The notes beneath the pieces were generated by a model. It ran no database searches. It was not told the origin of the DNA and was given only the letters and a program-made list of their open reading frames with translations. DNA of 64,000 bases from Alphaproteobacteria bacterium (GTDB lineage: Bacteria; Pseudomonadota; Alphaproteobacteria; Rhodospirillales; Casp-alpha2), in assembly GCA_024279135.1 (NCBI GenBank), contig JAJRRU010000014.1:23351-87350 (forward strand), written 5' to 3'. The position numbers and the translations under genes are program-made. Below, piece after piece: positions 46,120-54,464 of the stretch. Numbering within the stretch: the stretch's first letter is position 1; each line of letters begins with the position of its first letter.

Positions 46120-47592
46120 TCACCCCTCCAACGCCACCGTTCGCGCCCAACAGGCCATAGACAGCCCGGCGGCTTCGGCTGACTCTACGTATTGCTGATG
46201 TTGCTCGCTGGGTATGGACAAATTCACCTTTACGGCTCTCAATCCCCATTTTGACGGGGTTGGCAATATGGGCGGCGGGGTTTCCAGCCTTTTTGCCAGC
46301 CACATGGGAATGCTCAAGCCTTCGGCATCGGCTTTGCTCTTGGCGATGGCTTCCTCGTCTTCGTTAAGCCGGAAGGAAAACACCGCCTTTTTGACTGTCG
46401 GTGGCCCTGGCTTCCTCACCCTTTCCAGCATCACCCCAATTTCCGGCGATAAACCGCCAAGCAAGCCTTGCAGAGTTTGCCCGATCCGCTCGGCGGCTTC
46501 TTCTGTCTGTTTATCGGTCACATGGGTATAGCGCAGGGTCATGGAGGTTTTCTTGTGGCCTAACAATTTGGAAACCATCGGCAACGGTACACCGCGCAAC
46601 ACTGCATGGCTGGCGAAGGTGTGGCGCAGGTCGTGGACTCGCACGTCTGGCACTCCGGCCCTTTGGCGAACGAGCACCCAGAACAGCCCCACTTCCGGGC
46701 GTGCCCTTTTGGTATCGCGGTAGAATGGGAACACAAAGGGGCTTTTGCCTCTTGGTTGCTTGCTCAACAGCTTCACCGCTTCCTTGCACAGGTAAACGTC
46801 ACGAGGCCCGGTTTTGGTGTCTGCCAACTTGATAACATCGCCTTTGACCGTTGACCATTTGAGACTGCAAATCTCCTGATGGCGGCACCCGGTAAGCAGT
46901 AGCATTCGTATAATATCGGCACCCTGTTTGTCTTCCGGCCTTTCGAGTTCAATCTGGCCCAATATCCGCGATACCGTGTTGATTTCCTCGGATGACAGAA
47001 ACCGGTTAAGCGTTTTCTTCGGGTTCTTCTTGATGCCCTGCACCGGGTTCTCGATCAGGTGTCCGCACACAATGGCGAACTCCATCATGGAATAGAGCAT
47101 TTCCAGAACACGGTTGGCCCCGCCGGGGAACTCATTGCTGTATTCTTCGAACCATCGGGCCACCAGCGCCCGGTCAATCTCGTCCAGATACAGCTTGCCG
47201 AAGTTTGGCATTAACCGCGCATTGATATAGCAGCGGGTCGATCTTTGCCCCGATGGTTTGAACTGGCTGAACTTCTGCTCCCACCAGATACCGTTGATAA
47301 AATCGGCAAACAGCGGTGTTGCTGAATTGCTGACTCCTGAACCCTCCGGCGTGTCGCCCTGTGCGATTTTCTCAAGGCATAGTTTCCGGGCTTGCACTTC
47401 ATCAATCACCGGAAACTTACCAAGGGTAATCCTGCGCGATTGCTTTTCCACCTGCTTATGCAGAACAAAGGATTTATAGCCGGACGGTTTGACGCGAAGC
47501 CCAAAGCCGGAAAGCTGGCTATCCCAAACGGTGTATTCTTTATCGGTTGGGGCAAGGCGTTTAATGCGCTGGCTTGAAAGTTTGGTTTTCAT
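46120..47592 (-). CDS. P4-type tyrosine integrase with a ~112-aa C-terminal extension containing two RHH-like modules
   Basis: The DUF4102-like arm domain is TVWDSQLSGFGLRVKPSGYKSFV. The catalytic motifs are HDLRHTFAS and LLGHKKTSMTLRYTH. The extra tail contains AVFSFRLNEDEEAIAKSKADAEGLSIPMWLAKRL and AVKVNLSIPSEQHQQYVESAEAAGLSMACWARTVAL. Confidence 0.9.
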   Translation of the reverse strand: MKTKLSSQRIKRLAPTDKEYTVWDSQLSGFGLRVKPSGYKSFVLHKQVEKQSRRITLGKFPVIDEVQARKLCLEKIAQGDTPEGSGVSNSATPLFADFINGIWWEQKFSQFKPSGQRSTRCYINARLMPNFGKLYLDEIDRALVARWFEEYSNEFPGGANRVLEMLYSMMEFAIVCGHLIENPVQGIKKNPKKTLNRFLSSEEINTVSRILGQIELERPEDKQGADIIRMLLLTGCRHQEICSLKWSTVKGDVIKLADTKTGPRDVYLCKEAVKLLSKQPRGKSPFVFPFYRDTKRARPEVGLFWVLVRQRAGVPDVRVHDLRHTFASHAVLRGVPLPMVSKLLGHKKTSMTLRYTHVTDKQTEEAAERIGQTLQGLLGGLSPEIGVMLERVRKPGPPTVKKAVFSFRLNEDEEAIAKSKADAEGLSIPMWLAKRLETPPPILPTPSKWGLRAVKVNLSIPSEQHQQYVESAEAAGLSMACWARTVALEG

Positions 47593-48734
47593 TATTTCAA
47601 CTCCCCGGCAATAGCGGAGGCCACGTCTCGGGCTGTCTCGCGAACATGCCCGTTAGCAAGGTGCGCGTATTTAAGAGTGGTTTCCGGGTCAACATGTCCC
47701 AGCAACCGCCCGATGGTCAGAATATGCTCACCATGTTCAAGGGCAATGCTGGCATAAGTATGGCGAAGGTCATGCATCCGCACCCCTTCCAGCCCTGCCC
47801 GTTTGCGGATCGCGCTCCAATGAACGATATGGTTACAAGCACCGCGACAGTTGTTCACGGTGCTGGCTGTCGATCTGGCGGGAAGCACATACGGGGATGA
47901 CGTGCGCGGGATGGCATCGAGCACGGCACAGGCTGCGGTGGACAGGTAGACCGTTTTTGCCCCGGTCTTGCTATCGGGCAGATACAACTTGCCGTGCTTG
48001 TAGTCCGTCCATTTCAGATTAATGATTTCACTTTTCCGGCATCCCGTTAAAATCAGCAGGTGGAAGAAAGCAACGCACACCGGAGAAATTGTTTTGTACT
48101 CCTGCAAAACCTGCCCAAGCCTTGCCAGTTCGACGGCTGACAGGAAACGCTCCGAGGGTGCCATTTTATAACGGGGAATGCCCTTGCATGGGTTGGTGTT
48201 GTCCGGGCGGTATCCGTATAGCTCGGCCTGTTGCATCATCACCGACAAAACAGGCAAGGCCCGGTTGGCTGGCCCCGCCCTGTTGCCCAAGGACGCGAAC
48301 CAGCGTTTAATCAGGTTCTTGTCGATTATGGCAATCTGCATTCCTTTGAAAAAAGGCAAAATATCACGCTCATAAGCGTTGCGACTGGCGAGAATAGTTG
48401 ACGATTTCCAGTTGCGTTTATAGCGCTCAAAAAACATCGCGCCCACGTCTTCAAACAAGGCAATTTCAAGTTGCTTTTTTCCCGCTACGGCCTTGCCTTC
48501 GGCGGTACAGGCCAAAGCCAGTTCGCGGGCTTTGGCTTCGCCCAACTCGGCGGTGGTGCCAAGACTTTCTTGCTTGCGCCTTCCCCTGTTCTGGGTCTGG
48601 ACAAAAAACAATTTACGCCCAGTCGGATAAACTCGCACCCCGTAACCGGGTATGATAGTATCGCGGATAACGTAATCTTTTTGGCGCAATTTGAGAGATT
48701 CAACGAATTTCTGTGTCAGCTTTTTCTTTTCCAT
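47592..48734 (-). CDS. P4-type tyrosine integrase
   Basis: The ORF is open to 48812 and I prefer ATG 48734 after GGAG. The arm domain is VIRDTIIPGYGVRVYPTGRKLFF. The catalytic motifs are HDLRHTYAS and LLGHVDPETTLKYAH. Its stop shares one base with the downstream integrase start. Confidence 0.9.
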   Translation of the reverse strand: MEKKKLTQKFVESLKLRQKDYVIRDTIIPGYGVRVYPTGRKLFFVQTQNRGRRKQESLGTTAELGEAKARELALACTAEGKAVAGKKQLEIALFEDVGAMFFERYKRNWKSSTILASRNAYERDILPFFKGMQIAIIDKNLIKRWFASLGNRAGPANRALPVLSVMMQQAELYGYRPDNTNPCKGIPRYKMAPSERFLSAVELARLGQVLQEYKTISPVCVAFFHLLILTGCRKSEIINLKWTDYKHGKLYLPDSKTGAKTVYLSTAACAVLDAIPRTSSPYVLPARSTASTVNNCRGACNHIVHWSAIRKRAGLEGVRMHDLRHTYASIALEHGEHILTIGRLLGHVDPETTLKYAHLANGHVRETARDVASAIAGELK

Positions 48735-48865
48735 GATTTCAGTATCTCCATGAAACGGGTTCAAAAAACCGCTGCACTGGAGGAAAGGAAAAACCAAAGC
48801 CACCCGCTGCAACGGGCAACCCGAATAAAAAAACTGAATATTTTGAGCTACTTAGCTTCTCCCAC

Positions 48866-48891
48866 TACCTGTAAGACAGAGATAGGTGTGG
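48866..48891. repeat. right copy of the imperfect direct repeat bracketing the defence island (candidate att site)
   Basis: TACCTGTAAGACAGAGATAGGTGTGG lies 54 bp beyond the open end (48812) of the outer integrase ORF. Confidence 0.35.
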
Positions 48892-49432
48892 TCACTTAAC
48901 GTCCGAGGACGTCCCGTAATCAGCGAGGGGCAAAGCCCTTTTTTGCTGTTCGGGTTCACAAGATGACATAGAGAACGGAGTAGTCCCTCTTGGGGGACAG
49001 ATAGGGGGTGCAGGTGTTGATCGTATCTCCCGCGCAAGGGGCAGTCACCCGAAGGGATAAGACGCGCCTTCGCGGCTTAGTGACGAGCTTCTTGGCGAGG
49101 AATATGACCCGGTCCGACGAAGGAGGATGCGCCCAGACCTTACGGCATAACAAACAGCCTGACAGGCAAAAATGATCTCCCCAAATCAGCCAAAACAAGC
49201 TCCCAAACCTGATTAAATATCACCCTCGACAGGCACTCAAAAAAATCTCGCCATTACAAAAACCGTTCCCGCAAAAACTCCACTCGCAACCGTCCAGGGG
49301 TGCCGGGGACTTGTCCCCGGCTGGGTCAAGGGCAAAGCCCTTGGTTGGCGCAAGCCAATGCGGATCGTCACCCACAAAAAAGTCAAAAGCCGATCAGGCT
49401 TTTGTCCGCAATAAACTCAGCAGGCGGGCATA

Positions 49433-49465
49433 AAAATAACCCTGCCGGTGATTACCGACAGGGCT
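49433..49465 (-). terminator. rho-independent terminator of the DUF2493 gene
   Basis: On the minus strand, CCCTGTCGG-taatca-CCGGCAGGG is followed by TTATTTTT, 8 nt after the stop codon. Confidence 0.6.
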
Positions 49466-49472
49466 TGTGTGC

Positions 49473-50399
49473 TTATGCGTATTTCTTTGTTGGGATGCCC
49501 ATGCCTCGGGCTTTGTCTACCAAATTCTCGGTGATGCCGGTTCCGGGGAATGCCAGCACACCGATGGGCAAAATCTCCAGCATTGAGTCGTTACGTTTGA
49601 ACCCGGCGCGGGATTTTCCGTATTTGTTCCAGTCCGGCTTGAACACCACTTGCGCGACCTTTCTGGCGGCGGCCCATTTGGCGGCAATCAGATCTGTGCC
49701 TTTCGGTGCACCTCCATGAACCAACGTCATGTCCGGGTGTTTCTTGTGAGCCTTGTCGAGGGCAGCGAATATCAGCTCGTACTCGTTGAAGTCCATGCCT
49801 CCGGCGACGACCACCGTGGGGCCTTCGGGTGCCATTGAGAGTGTCTTTTTGCGCTCGGTGGCGGCGAGGAAGTCTCGGCTGTCAACCACGGCGGCGGTCA
49901 TGTGTGATGTGCTGATGCGGGAGCCTCGGCTTGGCATCCACGGTTGTCCGGTCTGGGCCGAAAAAAGCTCGGCTGCGTGGTCGCGCATGGTTTCAAAATA
50001 TTCGCGGGCGTATGATGTGGCTTTGGCCCGGATTTCAAGTTTCTCCAGTTCCACCGATTTCACCTCGGTTCCGTCCTGTTCACGGATGGCGCGGCGGATA
50101 TCGAAGCTCAGTTGGTCGAAACCTTTGTCGAGGCGGTCGAGCTTGCGCTGGAAGACGTTGACTGTGTTCCACAGCACGTCGGTGGCCTCGCTCTCCAAGC
50201 ATGTATCTGTGAAGAGATGGGCCAGACTGTCAAACACGTTGTCGAGGGTTGCAAAGCTGTGATCTTGCTCGGGCAGGGGCCGGGGATCGACTTCATCTGC
50301 TGGGGGCATGGCACCGAAGAGCTGCATGCGGTTCATAATCTCGTGGGTGGCGCTCTGGCCTGTCAGGCTGTCGGTGATGTCGGGTGTTTCTGAATACAT
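49473..50399 (-). CDS. DUF2493 (SLOG-like) domain protein with a ~190-aa N-terminal extension
   Basis: 308 aa. The C-terminus TVVVAGGMDFNEYELIFAALDKAHKKHPDMTLVHGGAPKGTDLIAAKWAAARKVAQVVFKPDWNKYGKSRAGFKRND is DUF2493-like. Confidence 0.75.
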   Translation of the reverse strand: MYSETPDITDSLTGQSATHEIMNRMQLFGAMPPADEVDPRPLPEQDHSFATLDNVFDSLAHLFTDTCLESEATDVLWNTVNVFQRKLDRLDKGFDQLSFDIRRAIREQDGTEVKSVELEKLEIRAKATSYAREYFETMRDHAAELFSAQTGQPWMPSRGSRISTSHMTAAVVDSRDFLAATERKKTLSMAPEGPTVVVAGGMDFNEYELIFAALDKAHKKHPDMTLVHGGAPKGTDLIAAKWAAARKVAQVVFKPDWNKYGKSRAGFKRNDSMLEILPIGVLAFPGTGITENLVDKARGMGIPTKKYA

Positions 50400-50681
50400 T
50401 TGTTTAGCTCCTTCGTTGCGGCGAACGGTTGATCCCGCTCATGGGGCTACTTTGCGGATCGGATAGGGGCATTCATCACCCCACCCCCGCAGGGGGCTTG
50501 AGTGGGGCCGCAACGAAGTGGAGGACTGTCTGGGACAGCTTTTTTGCCTCGCGAGGAATGGGCGCTTGCGCCCAGGGGAAAAAAGGTGGTTCAGCCAGTT
50601 GATCTATGCCCCCCGATCCGCGATGCCCCACTCATGAGCGGAATCAAACGGTCGGTGCAACGAAGGAGCGGACGTGTTCAG

Positions 50682-51490
50682 ATGCCTGTCATTACCGATA
50701 GCCTGACCGGACTCGATGCCCATGAGGTTATGAACTGTTTGTAACTCGCCTTGCCCCTGTTGAAGTTGATCCCCGGCCCCTGCCCGAACCCACAGCCCTC
50801 AACCCGAACGTGCTTGGTGGTCTGGCCCGGCTCTTCACTGCTTGCTGGCGGGGCTGCTGGCTTGCTGTGGAACACGGTCAATGTCTTCCAGCCCACCGCC
50901 TGATAAGGGTTACGAGCATCTGAGCAATCCGCCGTGCCATCCGCGAACAGGACGGAATATGCAAAGATGGAACTGGAGAAACTGGAAATTCGGGCAACTC
51001 CACCAGCCTGCGGCTGTTTTGGAACCATGCGCGACCATGTAGCTTTCTGCCAAGGCCAGATCGGGCAACCGTGGATGCCGGGGCGGGGTTCCCCACATGC
51101 CACCATGATCGTTGCCTTGGTTGACAGCCGGGACTTAATCGCCGCCATGCAACCAGCCTCTGGCCACCCGAAGGTTTTACGGTGGTCGTCGCCGGGGGCA
51201 TTCTCAGTTCAACACCTGATATTCGCAGCCCTCGACTAGGCTCACCCTATACCCGGCCTATTGGCTTCATAGGCAACAACTAGGCACTGGCTATTGCCGC
51301 CATAGCCGCAGCCCGGTCGCGCAAGTGGTGCTCAAGCCGGAACGGTGTTCGATAAATCCAGTGCCGGGTTCAAACGTAACGACACGATGCAGATTACAAT
51401 GCCATCGGTGTGCTGGCATTCCCCGGAACCTGCACCACAATTTAAAAGGCAAAGCACGAGGCTTGGGCATCCCTGCAAAAAATTCACCCG
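50682..51490 (+). pseudogene. decayed inverted copy of the DUF2493 gene
   Basis: Frame-hopping matches to the intact copy include MPVITDSLTGLDAHEVMN (vs TPDITDSLTGQSATHEIMN), MELEKLEIRA..FGTMRDH..GQIGQPWMPGRGS (vs VELEKLEIRAKA..FETMRDH..AQTGQPWMPSRGS) and KARGLGIPAKN (vs KARGMGIPTKK). A matching terminator hairpin lies at about 51497-51530. Confidence 0.7.
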
Positions 51491-51731
51491 CAACAAGCCC
51501 TGTCGGTAATCTCCGGCAGGGATGTTTTTCGGCCCGGTCGCGTATCTGTCAATCCGCACTTGCCCGAGTTGAAAATCTATCACGATTTTATTGCACAACC
51601 CGCTTTACCTTCATCAAAGGACATTCATACAATCTGTATGCAGGAGGCTCTTATCTTTGCCTATAGCCGTAGGCGGACGAAGATACTCTTTCGGATGAGG
51701 TTTGTAGTGGCTTGAAGTTACAATAAATGCA

Positions 51732-52979
51732 TCAATCTGACACCTCAACCCATTTGCCATTCGGCACAATCTTCAACTGCGCACCGAATTCGGTGAATTG
51801 TTTGGGCTCTAACGTATGTATGGGAATTAGTGCCTTAGGCTTAATCGCTGAAACCAATCGCTTGAGGTCTACCGCAGAGGCATGTCCTGACGTATGGACT
51901 ATATCGAAAGCAACTTCGTTCTCACTACACCAATTGCGAAGGTCAACTTTTCCTCTCTCCAGATAACCTGGCCACATAGAGTAGATAACCTTGGCACCAA
52001 TAAGGCAGTTGGCCCTGCATAAATCCTCGGCCATTGATTGCCTGAATGACATTACTAGATTACCTGACCTTCGTTTAAGTTCGCTCGGATAAATTCGGCG
52101 ATTTTTGAATGGCTCGACAAGATCGAACGTACCATCCCTAACGATTTTCAACTTTGCTCGATGAGGAAGGTAAACCCTGAGTGCGCTAGTTGTCGGGTCG
52201 GGAAGTGTTTTCCTGCCGATAGCGCAAAGCATATGCGCAACATAGAGATCAACGACGAACGTTCGCCCGCTTTTTAATGTGGCTTTGTAAAAACTGATAA
52301 ACCGATCTATGTTTTGACCTGAAAACGCAGCAAGTACGATTCCTTGTGTTTTTTGCATCTGCTCAGACAAAACTTCCACAAGGTCCGCCTCGCGGAGCTC
52401 CGGTTCACTGATATTTCGCCCAAGTGTCGTGCCTTCTAACAGCATGGCATCGACCGAGACGGGTGGATCGTTCAACAAAGCCTCAAAGGCCCATTTCTTC
52501 CATCCATGCCCCCGGATATCGCCAGAATAAAACAACCGCTCGCCATTCGCCTCAATCAAAAATGAGTAAGCATCAAAAGCGGAATGATCTGCCAAATAAG
52601 GTGTTATGGAAAACGGGCCAATGCGAAACACTTTTCGTGCATGGTAGAAACAGACATTTGGAAACGCAGCACCAAATGGTCCAAAGGCCATTGCCGCTCG
52701 AAGGAGCTTGTCTGCTCCACGTCCGATATATATTGGTATTGCAGGGTGCGCGTACTCCGCAAGTCCGTAATGATCGGCATGAGGGTGGGAAATGATAATC
52801 CCCAACAGGTCTACGTTGCTCCCGTCTGTAAGGCCCGGAATTGAAGGTAAGGCTTTTTCGCCATGAAGATCACCCATAAGAGGGGCACCCAGATCAAGGA
52901 GAATAGATTTACCATCCGCCTGAAGCTCGATGCAGTTTCCGCCAATTTCCTCGGCTCCTCTATGAATTTTTACCCTCAT
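51732..52979 (-). CDS. beta-CASP-type metallo-beta-lactamase-fold nuclease
   Basis: 415 aa. The MBL motifs are LLDLG, SHPHADHYG, LADHS and YSGD. The beta-CASP-like motifs are LLEGTTLG (A), HTSGHA (B) and IPIHT (C). Confidence 0.75.
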   Translation of the reverse strand: MRVKIHRGAEEIGGNCIELQADGKSILLDLGAPLMGDLHGEKALPSIPGLTDGSNVDLLGIIISHPHADHYGLAEYAHPAIPIYIGRGADKLLRAAMAFGPFGAAFPNVCFYHARKVFRIGPFSITPYLADHSAFDAYSFLIEANGERLFYSGDIRGHGWKKWAFEALLNDPPVSVDAMLLEGTTLGRNISEPELREADLVEVLSEQMQKTQGIVLAAFSGQNIDRFISFYKATLKSGRTFVVDLYVAHMLCAIGRKTLPDPTTSALRVYLPHRAKLKIVRDGTFDLVEPFKNRRIYPSELKRRSGNLVMSFRQSMAEDLCRANCLIGAKVIYSMWPGYLERGKVDLRNWCSENEVAFDIVHTSGHASAVDLKRLVSAIKPKALIPIHTLEPKQFTEFGAQLKIVPNGKWVEVSD

Positions 52980-52986
52980 CGGTGCC

Positions 52987-53907
52987 TCAAATCCAAACTG
53001 GATGAAGATTGTTCATCGCTTCAATAAGCAATCGATTTGGACCGAATGCAACTTCTTTACCCTGCTGTTGCAAAACATCCTCACCACTTGAAAACGGCAA
53101 CTGAAAATCATCTGGGAACGAGAGAAATTCGAAATTCATCTTAAGACCGTCATCTCGATCAACGCAAAGTCGTTCCAGCCCGTCCCGAATACCAACGGCG
53201 AGGAAGCCCAAATCATAGGATGCATAAAACTTTATTGGGGCCAAGACTTGAAGGGTGACGCATTCTACCTGCAAAAGTTTTTTATCTTCGTATCCAAAGA
53301 TGCTCTTTTTGTCTCGACATAGGAGATAAGCAAGACCGTATTGAAGAATTTCAAATGCTGCGAATGCCGGTGTATCGCTTCCCCATTTCAATTCAACGAG
53401 ATCAACGTTCCGATCTTGGATACAAATCAAGTCAATAGCAGCCCGCTTGTCGGCTTTATCATCAACCATGCCAGAGGCAACCGGTATTTGGTTGTACCAA
53501 TTCCCAAGCTCCCCACTTTCACCTAGGATGGCAATGGCACGTTCGAGCACAACTTCGGGACTCTTGTTTTTTGAAGCAAGTGTTATTTGTCGTTTAATGC
53601 GCCAATTTTCTTGCGATGGAATTCGCCCTGACCAATTCAAAAACACTTGATTTAGTAGCCTTCCCACCAACCTTGGAACAACATCGTCGTCAATTGATTT
53701 AGGTGAAAGGTTTAAGCATGTTGATTTCTGCTTGAGGTGCTTGCCCGGCTCAAGTCCAAGGGCATTATGGATAAGATTTTCAGTGCCATTGAATATGCCT
53801 TTCGTAGTCATAACGTCTCGCTCATTTCCAAGTGTTATCGCTGTTAGGGTCAGAGATTGCAGCGTGATAAAAAATTCCCAACCAGAAGTCACATGTTGTA
53901 CTTTCAA
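52987..53907 (-). CDS. hypothetical protein with a PD-(D/E)xK-like nuclease motif
   Basis: 306-aa ORF with a TTG start and an alternative ATG at 53811. AAIDLICIQDRNVDLVELKWG fits hydrophobic-D ... ExK. It ends 7 nt upstream of the MBL gene start on the same strand. Confidence 0.5.
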   Translation of the reverse strand: MKVQHVTSGWEFFITLQSLTLTAITLGNERDVMTTKGIFNGTENLIHNALGLEPGKHLKQKSTCLNLSPKSIDDDVVPRLVGRLLNQVFLNWSGRIPSQENWRIKRQITLASKNKSPEVVLERAIAILGESGELGNWYNQIPVASGMVDDKADKRAAIDLICIQDRNVDLVELKWGSDTPAFAAFEILQYGLAYLLCRDKKSIFGYEDKKLLQVECVTLQVLAPIKFYASYDLGFLAVGIRDGLERLCVDRDDGLKMNFEFLSFPDDFQLPFSSGEDVLQQQGKEVAFGPNRLLIEAMNNLHPVWI

Positions 53908-54027
53908 CCATTACGTTAACGTAGATGACGGGCCAGATAAAGAACGGGTTATTATCAATGAATCTAGCGGATCAACTTTGCCCAATTAGTATGGGAATAT
54001 GCGAAAACTCCGCCAGTTTAAACGCCC

Positions 54028-54291
54028 CTATCCATTTGCCACTCGATGTAAAACATCGCCATGACAGGCCGCAGGAGCGCACCAGCATACCAAATCCTTA
54101 CCACGCAGTTCGCGCTTGATTACTGCCTGTAGTTCCGGGCGGCATCCGATGTATGCACTGAATTTCTCAACCACTTCTGCCCGTGATCCATCCCTGCCCA
54201 TTTGAAACGGATTACCCCATTTACCGGGCCGTCCGATATAAACCGCGTTTGCCGGGGCTGTGCCTGATCGTTTGTTATGTACGCATGTCAT
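54028..54291 (-). CDS. DUF4326 domain protein
   Basis: 87 aa. VYIGRPGKWGNPF..KDLVCWCAPAACHGDVL is the DUF4326 signature. Confidence 0.8.
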   Translation of the reverse strand: MTCVHNKRSGTAPANAVYIGRPGKWGNPFQMGRDGSRAEVVEKFSAYIGCRPELQAVIKRELRGKDLVCWCAPAACHGDVLHRVANG

Positions 54292-54311
54292 GTTTCTTCT
54301 CCTGCTATGTG

Positions 54312-54464
54312 TTCAATTACACCCAACATTTTTTCGCCTTTACCTCTGGGCGTTACGAAGCACCGCCTTGGCGTTTAGCCATAGGCGGTGGGAGAACTCC
54401 GGCATTGACGGGATGATGTGAATTGCCCTGCGCGGGGATGGGAGCGAAGCGATACCATCCAGCC
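54312..54464. repeat. conserved non-coding leader, copy A (upstream of the DUF4326 gene)
   Basis: Block 1 at 54312-54347 matches 55873-55908 at 28/36 positions. Block 2 at 54430-54464 matches 56034-56068 at 32/35. GTGAATTG is also shared (54418 and 56002). Confidence 0.7.

Noticed and set aside
48841-49200. A tRNA or tmRNA gene as integration target next to the integrases
   Set aside because: I looked on both strands for a T-arm (GGTTCGAnTCC or its complement), an acceptor/CCA end and an alphaproteobacterial tmRNA tag ORF (ANDN...). None was found, and only generic hairpins are present. The region is kept as an unexplained structured region instead.
50502-51666. ORFs 50502..50744, 50678..51148, 50878..51201, 50934..51239 and 51325..51666 as independent genes
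   Set aside because: They are frame fragments, or antisense shadows, of the decayed inverted copy of the DUF2493 gene.
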